A DNA stretch of 64,000 nucleotides from Bacteroidota bacterium (GTDB lineage: Bacteria > Bacteroidota > Bacteroidia > 2-12-FULL-35-15), in assembly GCA_025963775.1 (NCBI GenBank), contig JAOQAD010000037.1:1638-65637 (forward strand). The letters run 5' to 3'. The position numbers and the translations under genes are program-made. Below the pieces are notes generated by a model that was not told where the DNA came from, did no database searches, and saw only the letters and a list, made by a program, of their open reading frames with translations. Below are positions 48,103 to 57,262 of this stretch, piece by piece (position 1 is the first letter of the stretch; every line of letters starts with the position of its first letter).

Positions 48103-50241
48103 ATGGCCCAGAATCCCAAACATATTACCCTGCTTGTTGAAGGCATGGATTGCGCCAACTGCGCTCTCGGCATCACGAAAGACCTTCAGAAAAAAGGCCT
48201 CGCCGATGTGCATGTGAACTTTGCGACCGGGGAAGCATCTTTCATTCTCGATGACAAAAGCAGGCTCCAGTCGATCATTGAAGGCATCAACAACATTGGC
48301 TATACGGTGGTTGACAGTAAAACGCGGGAAGAGAACGAAGCGAAAATGTCGCCGGTGGAAAAGCGCTTTTATTTTACATTGCCTTTCACCATCCCTCTTT
48401 TTTTCGGCCACATGTTCCTTGGCCACGATTTCATTTTAAACCAGCCGCTTGCACAGCTGCTGATCTGCCTTCCCGTGTTCATCATGGGATTTATCCAGTT
48501 CGGCAGCAGCGCATGGAAATCCCTGAAGTCCGGCGTTCCCAACATGGATGTGCTGATCTTCATCGGCTCCACTTCCGCTTTTGTTTACAGCCTCGCCGGG
48601 ATGTACCTCTACCGGGGCAGCCCGGAGCTTCACAATTATCTCTTCTTTGAAACCACCGCCACCATCATTACGCTTGTACTGCTGGGAAATGTGTTTGAGC
48701 ACCGTTCCGTAAGACAAACCACCACCGCTTTAAAAGAGCTGAGCACCATCCGCGTGCAGAAAGCCAACCTGGTAAGCCTGCAAATGGGCAAGGAAGTGAT
48801 CACGGAAGTGGATTATAAGAACATTCACGCAGGCGCAATTTTGCAGGTGAATACAGGCGACAAGATCCCGGTGGATGGCGAGATCATTTCCGGGGATGCC
48901 GGCATTGATGAGTCCATGCTCACAGGCGAAAGCGTTCCCGCGGAAAAAAGTACCGGCGAGAAGGTGATTGGCGGAACGATCCTCGTACACGGCAACATCC
49001 GCATGCGTGCGGAAAGCGTGGGCGATGAAACAGTGCTTGCAAAGATCATCGAGCTGGTGAAACAGGCGCAGCTGTCGAAACCAAACATTCAAAAATTAGG
49101 AGACAAGATCAGCGCGATCTTTGTTCCCGTAGTGCTTGGCATTTCCATTCTCACCTTCATCATTTCGTATTTTATCATTCATGTTTCTTTCCAGGACGCC
49201 ATGATGCGGAGCATCGCCGTGATGGTGATCTCCTGTCCTTGCGCAATGGGACTTGCCACACCAACGGCTGTGATGGTGGGCATTGGCAGGGCTGCAAAAA
49301 AAGGCATCCTCATCAAAGGCGGAAGCACGCTGGAAGAATTTGCGAAAGTAAAAACAGTTGTATTCGATAAAACCGGAACACTTACCACCGGCGATTTTAA
49401 GATCCGGAACATTGAATTGCTCAACACTATTTCAAAGCAGGAAGTGGAAGAGCTCCTCTTCAGCATCGAGCAGCATTCCTCCCACCCGATCGCGAAGTCG
49501 GTTGTAAGTGAATTGAAAGGCACTTCCTACAAGGCATTCAAAGATATCAAAGAAGAAAAAGGATCGGGCATGTCGGCGAAGGATGATGCCGGCAACAGCT
49601 ACAGCATCGGCTCCTACAGGATCGCGGCGCAGCATACGAAGGATGATGTCCACAGCATGTATGTATTAAAAAACAATACGCTCATCGCAACAGTAGACCT
49701 TGAAGACGAACTAAAAAAGAATGCAGCCGAAAGCATTGCGCTGCTTCATGCAGCCGGGATCCGCACCATCCTGCTGAGCGGCGATAAAAAAGAAAAATGC
49801 GAAGCACTTGCAGTAAAGCTGAATATTGATGAGGTTTACAGCGAGCAGCTCCCTGAACAAAAATTAGAGCTCCTCGAAAAGCTCAACAGGGAACATTCCA
49901 CCGCCATGGTGGGCGATGGCGTGAATGATGCACCTGCGCTTGCAAAAGCTTCCGTCGGCATTTCGCTCAGCAATGCAACGCAGGTAGCTATTCAATCGGC
50001 GCAGATCGTGCTGCTCAAAAACAATGACCTTTCCCAGCTCTACGAAGCGCAGCTGATCAGCAGGCATACGCTGCTCACCATTAAACAGAATTTATTCTGG
50101 GCATTCTTTTACAACATCGTCGCCATTCCCGTAGCTGCCACCGGACTTCTGCTTCCAACCTTCGGCGCACTGATCATGGCCTTTTCAGATGTGATCGTGA
50201 TCGGGAATTCCATCCGCCTGAAAACAAAAAAACTCAGCTGA
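48103..50241 (+). CDS. copA: Heavy-metal (Cu-type) translocating P1B-type ATPase
   Basis: N-terminal HMA motif GMDCANCA, TM6 CPC motif SCPCAMGLATP, phosphorylation site DKTGTLT, and hinge GDGVNDAPAL. Confidence 0.9.
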   Translation: MAQNPKHITLLVEGMDCANCALGITKDLQKKGLADVHVNFATGEASFILDDKSRLQSIIEGINNIGYTVVDSKTREENEAKMSPVEKRFYFTLPFTIPLFFGHMFLGHDFILNQPLAQLLICLPVFIMGFIQFGSSAWKSLKSGVPNMDVLIFIGSTSAFVYSLAGMYLYRGSPELHNYLFFETTATIITLVLLGNVFEHRSVRQTTTALKELSTIRVQKANLVSLQMGKEVITEVDYKNIHAGAILQVNTGDKIPVDGEIISGDAGIDESMLTGESVPAEKSTGEKVIGGTILVHGNIRMRAESVGDETVLAKIIELVKQAQLSKPNIQKLGDKISAIFVPVVLGISILTFIISYFIIHVSFQDAMMRSIAVMVISCPCAMGLATPTAVMVGIGRAAKKGILIKGGSTLEEFAKVKTVVFDKTGTLTTGDFKIRNIELLNTISKQEVEELLFSIEQHSSHPIAKSVVSELKGTSYKAFKDIKEEKGSGMSAKDDAGNSYSIGSYRIAAQHTKDDVHSMYVLKNNTLIATVDLEDELKKNAAESIALLHAAGIRTILLSGDKKEKCEALAVKLNIDEVYSEQLPEQKLELLEKLNREHSTAMVGDGVNDAPALAKASVGISLSNATQVAIQSAQIVLLKNNDLSQLYEAQLISRHTLLTIKQNLFWAFFYNIVAIPVAATGLLLPTFGALIMAFSDVIVIGNSIRLKTKKLS

Positions 50242-50304
50242 GCGAATGAGGGCTTGCCTGCACAGAACATCCGGAAATCTTTTGTTAATTTGCAGGGCAT
50301 TCGT

Positions 50305-51489
50305 ATGACAAAAAAACGGAACATCTTATTTTTATCAGGCTGGTACCCCAACCGCGTGCTTCCAACACTCGGCAATTTCGTGCAGAAGCATGCCGAAGCT
50401 GTTGCCCTGCACTCGAATGTAGCCGCCCTGCACGTCTGTGCCGATGCTTCCTGCAAAGAACCTTTCGAGGTCACTGAAAATACGGTCAACAATGTTTTCA
50501 CCGTCAATGTCTATTACAGGAAAGTCAGCCACGGCATTCCACTGGTCTCACAGCTTCAGAAGGTAATGCGTAACCTGAAAGCATGGTCACTCGGCATGCA
50601 GCGCCTGAACAAAAAATTCACACACACCGACCTTGTCCATCACAACATCCTGTATCCTTCCGGGCTCATTGCGTTGAACTTAAAGAGAAAAAAGCACATT
50701 CCATACATTGTTACCGAGCATAGCACCGCTTACCTGCCTTCAAAAAAGATCAGCATCGGCTTTACCGAAAGCATACTTTCAAAAATGATCGCCCGCAATG
50801 CTTCTTTTATCACACCGGTTTCAGGCGATCTGAAAAAAGCAATGCTCGATCATGGCTTTGCAGGAAATTATGAAGTGGTGTACAATGTGGTAAACACGAA
50901 GATGTTCAGTCCTTCCGGAAATAAAACAGGAAATGATAAAATTAAATTCCTGCACATCTCCACGCTGGATGATCCTCATAAAAACATTTCGGGAATGTTA
51001 AGGGCTGTTGCAGCGTTATCAAAAAAGCGGGCTGATTTTCAATGCAGCTTCATCGGCGATGGCGATACTGCCCCGCATATCGAAACTGCAAAACAACTGG
51101 GCATTTACAATTCCTTTGCATTATTTGAAGGCATGAAAACAACGGAGGAAATTGCAGCGCTGATGAAAAATTCAGATGCCTTCCTGCTCTTCAGCAATTA
51201 TGAAAATCTTCCCGTAGTGATCATCGAGGCGCTTGCAAGCGGGCTGCCGGTGCTTTCTTCCGACGTGGGAGGAATTCACGAGCACATCACGCAGGAACGC
51301 GGCATCTTAGTGGAAGCAAAAAATGAAAAAGCATTTGAAGAGGCAATGAATACGATGATCAGCAGCATCCGCGCTCAGCGTTACAATGCAGCTGCACTTG
51401 CTGCGTATGCAGAAGAAAATTTCAGCTATGAAAAAGTGAGTGCAAAATTTCATCATCTTTATCAGCAGGTTTTAAAGGACAATGTTTAA
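50305..51489 (+). CDS. Glycosyltransferase, GT4/GT-B family
   Basis: MTKKRNILFLSGWYPNR at the N-terminus. The C-terminal half carries the E-x7-E-like region (ENLPVVIIEALASGLPVLSSDVGGIHEHI). The start is trimmed to ATG 50305. Confidence 0.82.
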   Translation: MTKKRNILFLSGWYPNRVLPTLGNFVQKHAEAVALHSNVAALHVCADASCKEPFEVTENTVNNVFTVNVYYRKVSHGIPLVSQLQKVMRNLKAWSLGMQRLNKKFTHTDLVHHNILYPSGLIALNLKRKKHIPYIVTEHSTAYLPSKKISIGFTESILSKMIARNASFITPVSGDLKKAMLDHGFAGNYEVVYNVVNTKMFSPSGNKTGNDKIKFLHISTLDDPHKNISGMLRAVAALSKKRADFQCSFIGDGDTAPHIETAKQLGIYNSFALFEGMKTTEEIAALMKNSDAFLLFSNYENLPVVIIEALASGLPVLSSDVGGIHEHITQERGILVEAKNEKAFEEAMNTMISSIRAQRYNAAALAAYAEENFSYEKVSAKFHHLYQQVLKDNV

Positions 51490-52747
51490 AAAGATCGCCT
51501 TCACATTCGGAATCAAGGTCATCATCGCGGTACTGAACCTTGCGATCGTGATCCTGCTCTCGCGGAACATCGGTGCGGCGGGAAAAGGCGAAGCCAGCCT
51601 CATCGTAACGAGCATTGCCATGATCCTGCTCTTCTGCAACATCGTAGGCGGATCATCACTCGTGTATTTTGTGCCACGGCATAATATCTTCCAATTGTTC
51701 ATCCTCAGCAATGCATGGTCGCTGCTCGTTTGCGCCGGCGCTTATTCCGTGTTCCTTGCTTTCCCGCTTGTGCCCGCAGAAGCCGTTATTCCTGTGATAT
51801 TGCTTTCACTCATCAGCTCTTTCCTTGCCACCAACCTTACCATCCTGCTCGGACGGGAGAAGATCACCACGCATAACCTTGTTTCACTTTTACAAACAGC
51901 CGCCAATATCATTATCCTCTGGCTGATGATCAAAGGGCTGAACCGTTCCAACATCGGCTCCTACATCTGGTCGCTCTACGGCGCGATGGGATTGTGCCTC
52001 CTTGTTAGCAGCATCCTTGTTTACCCGCTGATCGCTCAGGATAAAAAAGAAAAAGAAAGCGGGCTTGCAGCAAAGCTGTTTCAATACGGCGCCTACAGCC
52101 AGGCGGGGCACATCATGAAATTCATGAGCTTTCGCTGCACGTATTACATGCTTTCCGCTTACTCCGGCGAAGTGCTCCTGGGAATTTTTTCCAACGGCGT
52201 TTCCCTCGTGGAATCGGTATTCCTTGTCAGCAACAGCATTGCCACCGTATTGTACCCGAAAGTATCCAACTCAAAAGATCCGGTTTATTCGCAGACATTA
52301 ACGCTGCAGCTCACAAAATTCAGCATCGTGCTTTGCATTGCAGCCCTCGTGCCGATGGTGCTGCTTCCTTCCTCCTTTTATGTATGGCTCTTCGGGCCGG
52401 AGTTCGCAGGCGTGCAGCAGGTGATCCTGCTGCTTGCTCCCGGCGTGCTCTTCTACAACATTGCGCTGGTGACCGGGCATTATTTTTCAGGCATCGGCAA
52501 ATTCCGGATCAACACCTGGGCAAACCTTACCGGGCTTATTACCACCATTGTGCTTGCATGGGCATGGTACCCGAAATTCGGCATTTGGGAAGTGGGCATT
52601 ATTTCAACCATCTCGTACATCAGTACCGCAGTGCTGGTCATGGTGTATTTCGTAAAGGAAGCCGGGATCTCTTTCCGGCAGCTGTTGCCGCACTATTCGG
52701 ATATTCAATGGCTGCGCTCGGAAGTGAAGGGGCTTTTTAAGAATTGA
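51482..52747 (+). CDS. Polysaccharide/oligosaccharide flippase (Wzx/MOP superfamily)
   Basis: 421 aa with ~12 hydrophobic segments. It overlaps the glycosyltransferase gene by 8 nt. Confidence 0.75.
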   Translation: MFKKIAFTFGIKVIIAVLNLAIVILLSRNIGAAGKGEASLIVTSIAMILLFCNIVGGSSLVYFVPRHNIFQLFILSNAWSLLVCAGAYSVFLAFPLVPAEAVIPVILLSLISSFLATNLTILLGREKITTHNLVSLLQTAANIIILWLMIKGLNRSNIGSYIWSLYGAMGLCLLVSSILVYPLIAQDKKEKESGLAAKLFQYGAYSQAGHIMKFMSFRCTYYMLSAYSGEVLLGIFSNGVSLVESVFLVSNSIATVLYPKVSNSKDPVYSQTLTLQLTKFSIVLCIAALVPMVLLPSSFYVWLFGPEFAGVQQVILLLAPGVLFYNIALVTGHYFSGIGKFRINTWANLTGLITTIVLAWAWYPKFGIWEVGIISTISYISTAVLVMVYFVKEAGISFRQLLPHYSDIQWLRSEVKGLFKN

Positions 52748-52860
52748 AGCAGGATTGGAAAATTGAAAGATTGAAGATTAAAATATCAGCAGGACCTGAT
52801 CCGGGGGTCATTTTACACAAAACACGCTCCTTTGATTTTTTTTTATTTCCTTTGTCTTAA

Positions 52861-53670
52861 ATGAGCAAGGCCGGTAAACTTTTCAAAGCACTTTCGCTGA
52901 TCATCCAGCAACCTTCCCTTTTAAACAAGGTGCTGGATGATGCGGATGTGAACAAAAAAGCGGTTGCTGAAAAACATTCGCTGCCGGGCGGCCTGCCCAC
53001 TGTCGACATCTGCAGCCTTCTTCCCGGCTTCGATGAAACGGTAGAGCCTTTCTGCTATCTCGATGGCGGCTCCACTCCTATCGACCTTGCTTTGCTCAAA
53101 GGGCTTGCAAAAAAAGTCAGCGAATGCGACTATTTTGAGATCGGTACCTGGCGGGGTGAAAGCGTTGCCAACGTAGCTTCTGTTGCAAAACATTGCACCA
53201 CGCTCAATCTTCCCGATGCCGGGATGCTTGAAATGGGCCTCAGCAAAAAGTATGTAGAGCTGCACCGGTTTTTCTCAAAGGGCCTCCCGAACGTAACACA
53301 CCTGCAGGGAAATTCACTCACGTACGATTACAAAAGCCTTGGAAAAAAATTCGACCTTATTTTCATCGATGGCGATCATCACTATGAAAGCGTGATGAGC
53401 GATACGAAGAATGCATTCTCACTTTTGAAAGATGAACGCTCTGTTATTGTGTGGCACGACTACGGAAATAATCCGAACGATGTGCGCTGGGATGTGCTGA
53501 GGGGCATACTTGACGGAACACCGGCCAGCAAACAGAAGAACCTTTACAGGGTATCAAACACGCTCTGCGCAATCTATACAGGCGCTCCTGTTCCATCGTA
53601 CAGGCAGGAAACACCTGAAACTCCCAACAAGAGCTTTTCTATCCACCTCCGCGCCAATCAAGGCCTGTAG
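52861..53670 (+). CDS. Class I SAM-dependent methyltransferase (Methyltransf_24-like)
   Basis: YFEIGTWRGES and DLIFIDGDHHYESVMSD motifs. Confidence 0.7.
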   Translation: MSKAGKLFKALSLIIQQPSLLNKVLDDADVNKKAVAEKHSLPGGLPTVDICSLLPGFDETVEPFCYLDGGSTPIDLALLKGLAKKVSECDYFEIGTWRGESVANVASVAKHCTTLNLPDAGMLEMGLSKKYVELHRFFSKGLPNVTHLQGNSLTYDYKSLGKKFDLIFIDGDHHYESVMSDTKNAFSLLKDERSVIVWHDYGNNPNDVRWDVLRGILDGTPASKQKNLYRVSNTLCAIYTGAPVPSYRQETPETPNKSFSIHLRANQGL

Positions 53671-53759
53671 CTGTAGATAATTTTACCCGTTCCCTGAAAG
53701 ATTTTCACAACTTATCAAGAATGTGCCGATTCCTGTTTGTTTTCTAAGGATTCGTTCAT

Positions 53760-53767
53760 TATATTTG
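53760..53767 (+). promoter_or_regulatory. -7 box TATATTTG
   Basis: It lies 44 nt upstream of the ATG at 53812. Confidence 0.35.
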
Positions 53768-53811
53768 TTTTCATTAAAAAAATGCACGTCTAACCCTAAA
53801 TCAATAATGCT

Positions 53812-55722
53812 ATGAAAAAACAAGTACTCTTTGGAGTTGCTTTGGGTCTTGGTAGTTTTGCGTTTGCGCAGACAACTGTACTCAACAATGGGGTAACTCC
53901 TCCAAAAGTAAAGCCCGCTCTTGCTACGAAAGCCGAGCTTTACAAAAAGAACCAGCTGCCCGGAGCAGAAGCACCTTCTTTCTCCTCGCTGGTAAATAAC
54001 TTAAGGCCCGCGCCGGCAGCTGTACTGCCACAACGCTCCTACACCACAACTGCGATCGGAACAACAGGTTACCAGCTGCAAACCAATGCATCCATCTGTC
54101 CGCGCCTGATCAACAGTCCTGACGGAACACTATCTGCCACATGGACCTTCTCTACACAACAGGCCAGCTGGACTGACCGTGGAACAGGCTATAACTATTT
54201 CAATGGTTCGGCATGGGGTGCAAATCCTGCTGCAAAACTTGAAAACGTAAGAACAGGATTTACCAACATTGGTATCACTGCTACCGGTGAAGAGGTTGTT
54301 GTTGCTCACGAAGCATCCGACCTGCACATTTCCACACGCCCTGTAAAAGGGACAGGACCATGGAGCAATGCCGCATTTTTAGGTGCTCCTGACGTATGGG
54401 CACGTTTGGCTGTTGGCGGTGCCAACGGAATAACCCTTCACGTGATCTCCCAGACTACCGGGGTTGGCGGTGCGCCGTTTATGGGCCAGGATGGAGCTCT
54501 TGCTTATTCCCGCTCACTGGATGGCGGACTTACCTGGGACAAGCTTCACACGGTAATTCCTGAGATCGATGCTTCTTCTTATTTAGGATTCGGCGGAGAT
54601 TCTTATTCCATCGATGCAAAAGGCGATACAATTGCTATTGTTGCCGGAGGTTTTGACGTGGATGTTGTCCTGATCAAATCCGTGGATAACGGAGCTACCT
54701 GGACAAAAACGATCGTTAACTATTTCCCGATCCCTTTATTTGACGAGCCTACAATGTTATCAGATATTAACAGTGACGGTATTGCCGATACACTGGAAAC
54801 AAATGATGCATCTGTACACGTAATGCTCGACAACCAGGGCAAGGCACACGTATGGTTCGGACGCATGAGAATGCTGAATGATGACCTTGGTGATGCTGCT
54901 GTAAGCTACTTCCCGGGAACTGACGGCTTAATGTACTGGAATGAAAGCATGGGAGCTTCATCTGCTTCTGTTAACACTCCTGTAATGATCGCTGCTGCGG
55001 CAGATATCGATGCTGACGGAATTTTAAATGTTTCTGCATGGGGAACTTACCAGGTATCTCTTAGCTCTATGCCAACTGCCGGTATCGATGCTGCCGGAAG
55101 GATCTATCTTTCTTATTGCAGCATCTACGAAGGAAACGCTGAGAACGGCGCTCCTGCAGATGGAAAAAGCTACAGGCACATGTATGTAATGCGCTCCGAT
55201 GACGGCGGCCTTACATGGTGTGCACCACAGGACGTTACTGACCCTCCGGGGCCATCTCAACAGGATTACGTTGAAGGAGTTTACGGTGCAATGGCAAAAC
55301 GTGTTGACGGCTTCGTTCACCTCCTTGTTCAAACCGACGGAGCTGTAGGACACGGTGTTACTGCTGCTACTCCTGACCCACAAAGCGGGGATGCAACAAT
55401 GAATTACATCAAGATCCCGGTAGCAGACCTTGCATGCCCGACAGGCATCAGCGACAAAGCAACTGCAATGTCTTCATTCGGATTGTATCCTAACCCTGCT
55501 GCTGAAAACACAAACCTTTCATTCACAGTAGCGAACAAAGGAAAAGTAAGCATCCGTGTTTTCAATGTAACCGGACAAATGATCTCTGAATTGACTAACC
55601 AGGAGTACGCTGCAGGAACATACAACATGCAGATCAGCCTTGATAAGTTCAATGCAGGTATTTACATCATCAACATGATCACTGCAGATGGAACTGCAAC
55701 TCAGAAAATGATCGTTAAATAA
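53812..55722 (+). CDS. BNR/Asp-box (sialidase-like beta-propeller) protein with a T9SS type A sorting domain
   Basis: It has a signal peptide and Asp-box motifs SLDGGLTW, SVDNGATW and SDDGGLTW. The C-terminus LYPNPAAENTNLSF...IRVFNVTGQMI...AGIYIINMITADGTATQKMIVK is a type A CTD. Confidence 0.85.
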   Translation: MKKQVLFGVALGLGSFAFAQTTVLNNGVTPPKVKPALATKAELYKKNQLPGAEAPSFSSLVNNLRPAPAAVLPQRSYTTTAIGTTGYQLQTNASICPRLINSPDGTLSATWTFSTQQASWTDRGTGYNYFNGSAWGANPAAKLENVRTGFTNIGITATGEEVVVAHEASDLHISTRPVKGTGPWSNAAFLGAPDVWARLAVGGANGITLHVISQTTGVGGAPFMGQDGALAYSRSLDGGLTWDKLHTVIPEIDASSYLGFGGDSYSIDAKGDTIAIVAGGFDVDVVLIKSVDNGATWTKTIVNYFPIPLFDEPTMLSDINSDGIADTLETNDASVHVMLDNQGKAHVWFGRMRMLNDDLGDAAVSYFPGTDGLMYWNESMGASSASVNTPVMIAAAADIDADGILNVSAWGTYQVSLSSMPTAGIDAAGRIYLSYCSIYEGNAENGAPADGKSYRHMYVMRSDDGGLTWCAPQDVTDPPGPSQQDYVEGVYGAMAKRVDGFVHLLVQTDGAVGHGVTAATPDPQSGDATMNYIKIPVADLACPTGISDKATAMSSFGLYPNPAAENTNLSFTVANKGKVSIRVFNVTGQMISELTNQEYAAGTYNMQISLDKFNAGIYIINMITADGTATQKMIVK

Positions 55723-55740
55723 CCGATTGAAAAAAATAAG

Positions 55741-55773
55741 AAGCCCTTCCGGAAAACCGGGAGGGCTTTTTTT
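55741..55773 (+). terminator. Rho-independent terminator
   Basis: aagcccttccgg-aaaa-ccgggagggctt is a 12-bp stem with one mismatch, followed by a T7 run. Confidence 0.8.
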
Positions 55774-55980
55774 ATTTCCTTTTTTGTAATTTTGAGCGGT
55801 TGCTATTAGAAAATGTTGATTAGTTTACGTCAGTTCGAGTTTTCGCCTTTTTCTGGCGAAAGTATCGGGAACTGGTCTGCTTCTCGAGAAGTTTATCCTG
55901 AGCGGAGTCGAAGGGCTTCGCACTCAATTGACATAAGCATTGTTGGTTCAAACCAACTATTAATTATTCCTGATTTAGTT

Positions 55981-56083
55981 GTCATTCCGGGCCTGACCCG
56001 GAATCTCGCTACGATCAAAAGGCAAGCGGAATTCTGCCAGCCGTAACATTCCAGAGAGATGCCGTGTCGGAGCACGGCATGAC
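55981..56083 (-). repeat. Complete two-hairpin composite element (inverse orientation of the 13782-13886 copy)
   Basis: gtcattccgggcctgacccggaatctc at 55981-56007, then a 45-nt spacer containing ggaattctgccagccgtaacatt, then cagagagatgccgtgtcggagcacggcatgac at 56053-56083. Confidence 0.8.
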
Positions 56084-56143
56084 GGATAAACAGGGAGATT
56101 AAAAGAACATTTTCCTACAACAAATATTAAAGCATTAAATCCG

Positions 56144-56560
56144 ATGGCAAAAAAAATCCTTTCAACTGTGCTTGGCCTTATCGGCGGGCTATTCGTCATC
56201 TTCTCACTGGAAGTGCTCGGACACATCATTTACCCGATGCCTGCCGGGATCAACCTCAGCGACACGGAAGCAATCAAAGCCTATACAAGCGGGGCTCCTT
56301 CACTCGTCTTCGTCCTTCTTGTATTTTCTTATGCATTGGGCTCCATGGCCGGCGGCCTCATTGCTGCTGCAATGGCTCCGGCCAATAAAATGGCAAAAGC
56401 GATCACTGTCGGCGGCATCCTGATGGGGCTTGGCGCTTATAACCTGTTCATGATCCCGCACCCGGTGTGGACCATCATCATTTCCATCTTCCTGTTCATT
56501 CCCTGCTCTTACCTTGGCGGATACTGGGGGATCAGGCTTTCTGCGAAAAAGACAAACTAA
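56144..56560 (+). CDS. Small 4-TM membrane protein, unknown function
   Basis: 138 aa with four hydrophobic segments. No family recognised. Confidence 0.6.
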   Translation: MAKKILSTVLGLIGGLFVIFSLEVLGHIIYPMPAGINLSDTEAIKAYTSGAPSLVFVLLVFSYALGSMAGGLIAAAMAPANKMAKAITVGGILMGLGAYNLFMIPHPVWTIIISIFLFIPCSYLGGYWGIRLSAKKTN

Positions 56561-56610
56561 AAAAGCCCCTGCTTTCGCAAAGGCTTTTCATGATTTTATT
56601 TATTGACCGG

Positions 56611-57252
56611 CTATCTCAGGTCTTCCACGCTAACACCCGGATGCGCTTTCATATCGAATGTAAATTCCGTATCAGCGAGCGGCAGGTTAGTCTGGAAGCT
56701 TTTGATGGTGTAGGTTTGCGTAGAACCGTCCTTCATCATCATCTTCACGCTGGAGATCTGCTTTTTCACTTTATCAATGAACAATTTAGCAGTGTGGTAT
56801 TTTTTCTTGTCAGGATTTTCAGGGAACAGGCTGATAGTTTGTGTAGTGGCGTCCTCTCCGTCAAACTTGTATTTGAAGCCTTTTTCATAGATCCTGAAGA
56901 TAGTGGAAGGGTTAACGGCATCATCGCTGCCTGTTTCCACCTCTTTGATCTGCACTTCATTGGATGCCTTGATGTAATCCCAGATCGTTTTGCCATCGCA
57001 ATAGATCACATGGCCGGGAATCTCTAATTTGTATTTATTTCCTTTCGTCTGGATCTTGCCTTCCTGGGAATCTTTCGATTTGTCTTTCTTTTCGGTTGTG
57101 AAGGTGAATTCAGCCTTTATGGAAGTGTATGCCTTTGTTTTTGTGCTCAGCTCATCAAGAATGGCTTTTGCTTTGGGATCGGTCTGTGCAGTTACTGCAG
57201 TAAAGCTTCCGACAGCTAACAGGGCAAGGAGAATATTTTTCTTTGTGAACAT
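56611..57252 (-). CDS. lolA: Outer-membrane lipoprotein carrier protein LolA
   Basis: 213 aa with a signal peptide. It lies 10 nt downstream of ftsK, the usual Bacteroidota ftsK-lolA arrangement. The motifs AEFTFT...KGNKYKLEIPGHVIYCDGKTIW and TEFTFD are LolA-like. Confidence 0.8.
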   Translation of the reverse strand: MFTKKNILLALLAVGSFTAVTAQTDPKAKAILDELSTKTKAYTSIKAEFTFTTEKKDKSKDSQEGKIQTKGNKYKLEIPGHVIYCDGKTIWDYIKASNEVQIKEVETGSDDAVNPSTIFRIYEKGFKYKFDGEDATTQTISLFPENPDKKKYHTAKLFIDKVKKQISSVKMMMKDGSTQTYTIKSFQTNLPLADTEFTFDMKAHPGVSVEDLR

Positions 57253-57262
57253 AATTGTTTTT

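Noticed and set aside
4719-50304. Longer N-terminal extensions given by the ORF track: 4719 (GTG), 18232 (TTG), 29377 (TTG), 31668, 36441, 39778 (TTG), 42569 (TTG) and 50254.
   Set aside because: In each case an internal ATG immediately precedes a clean signal peptide or the conserved N-terminus. For 4845, 18250, 29347 and 36510 a TAnnTTTG box lies inside or just before the extension, which would place the transcription start downstream of the longer start.
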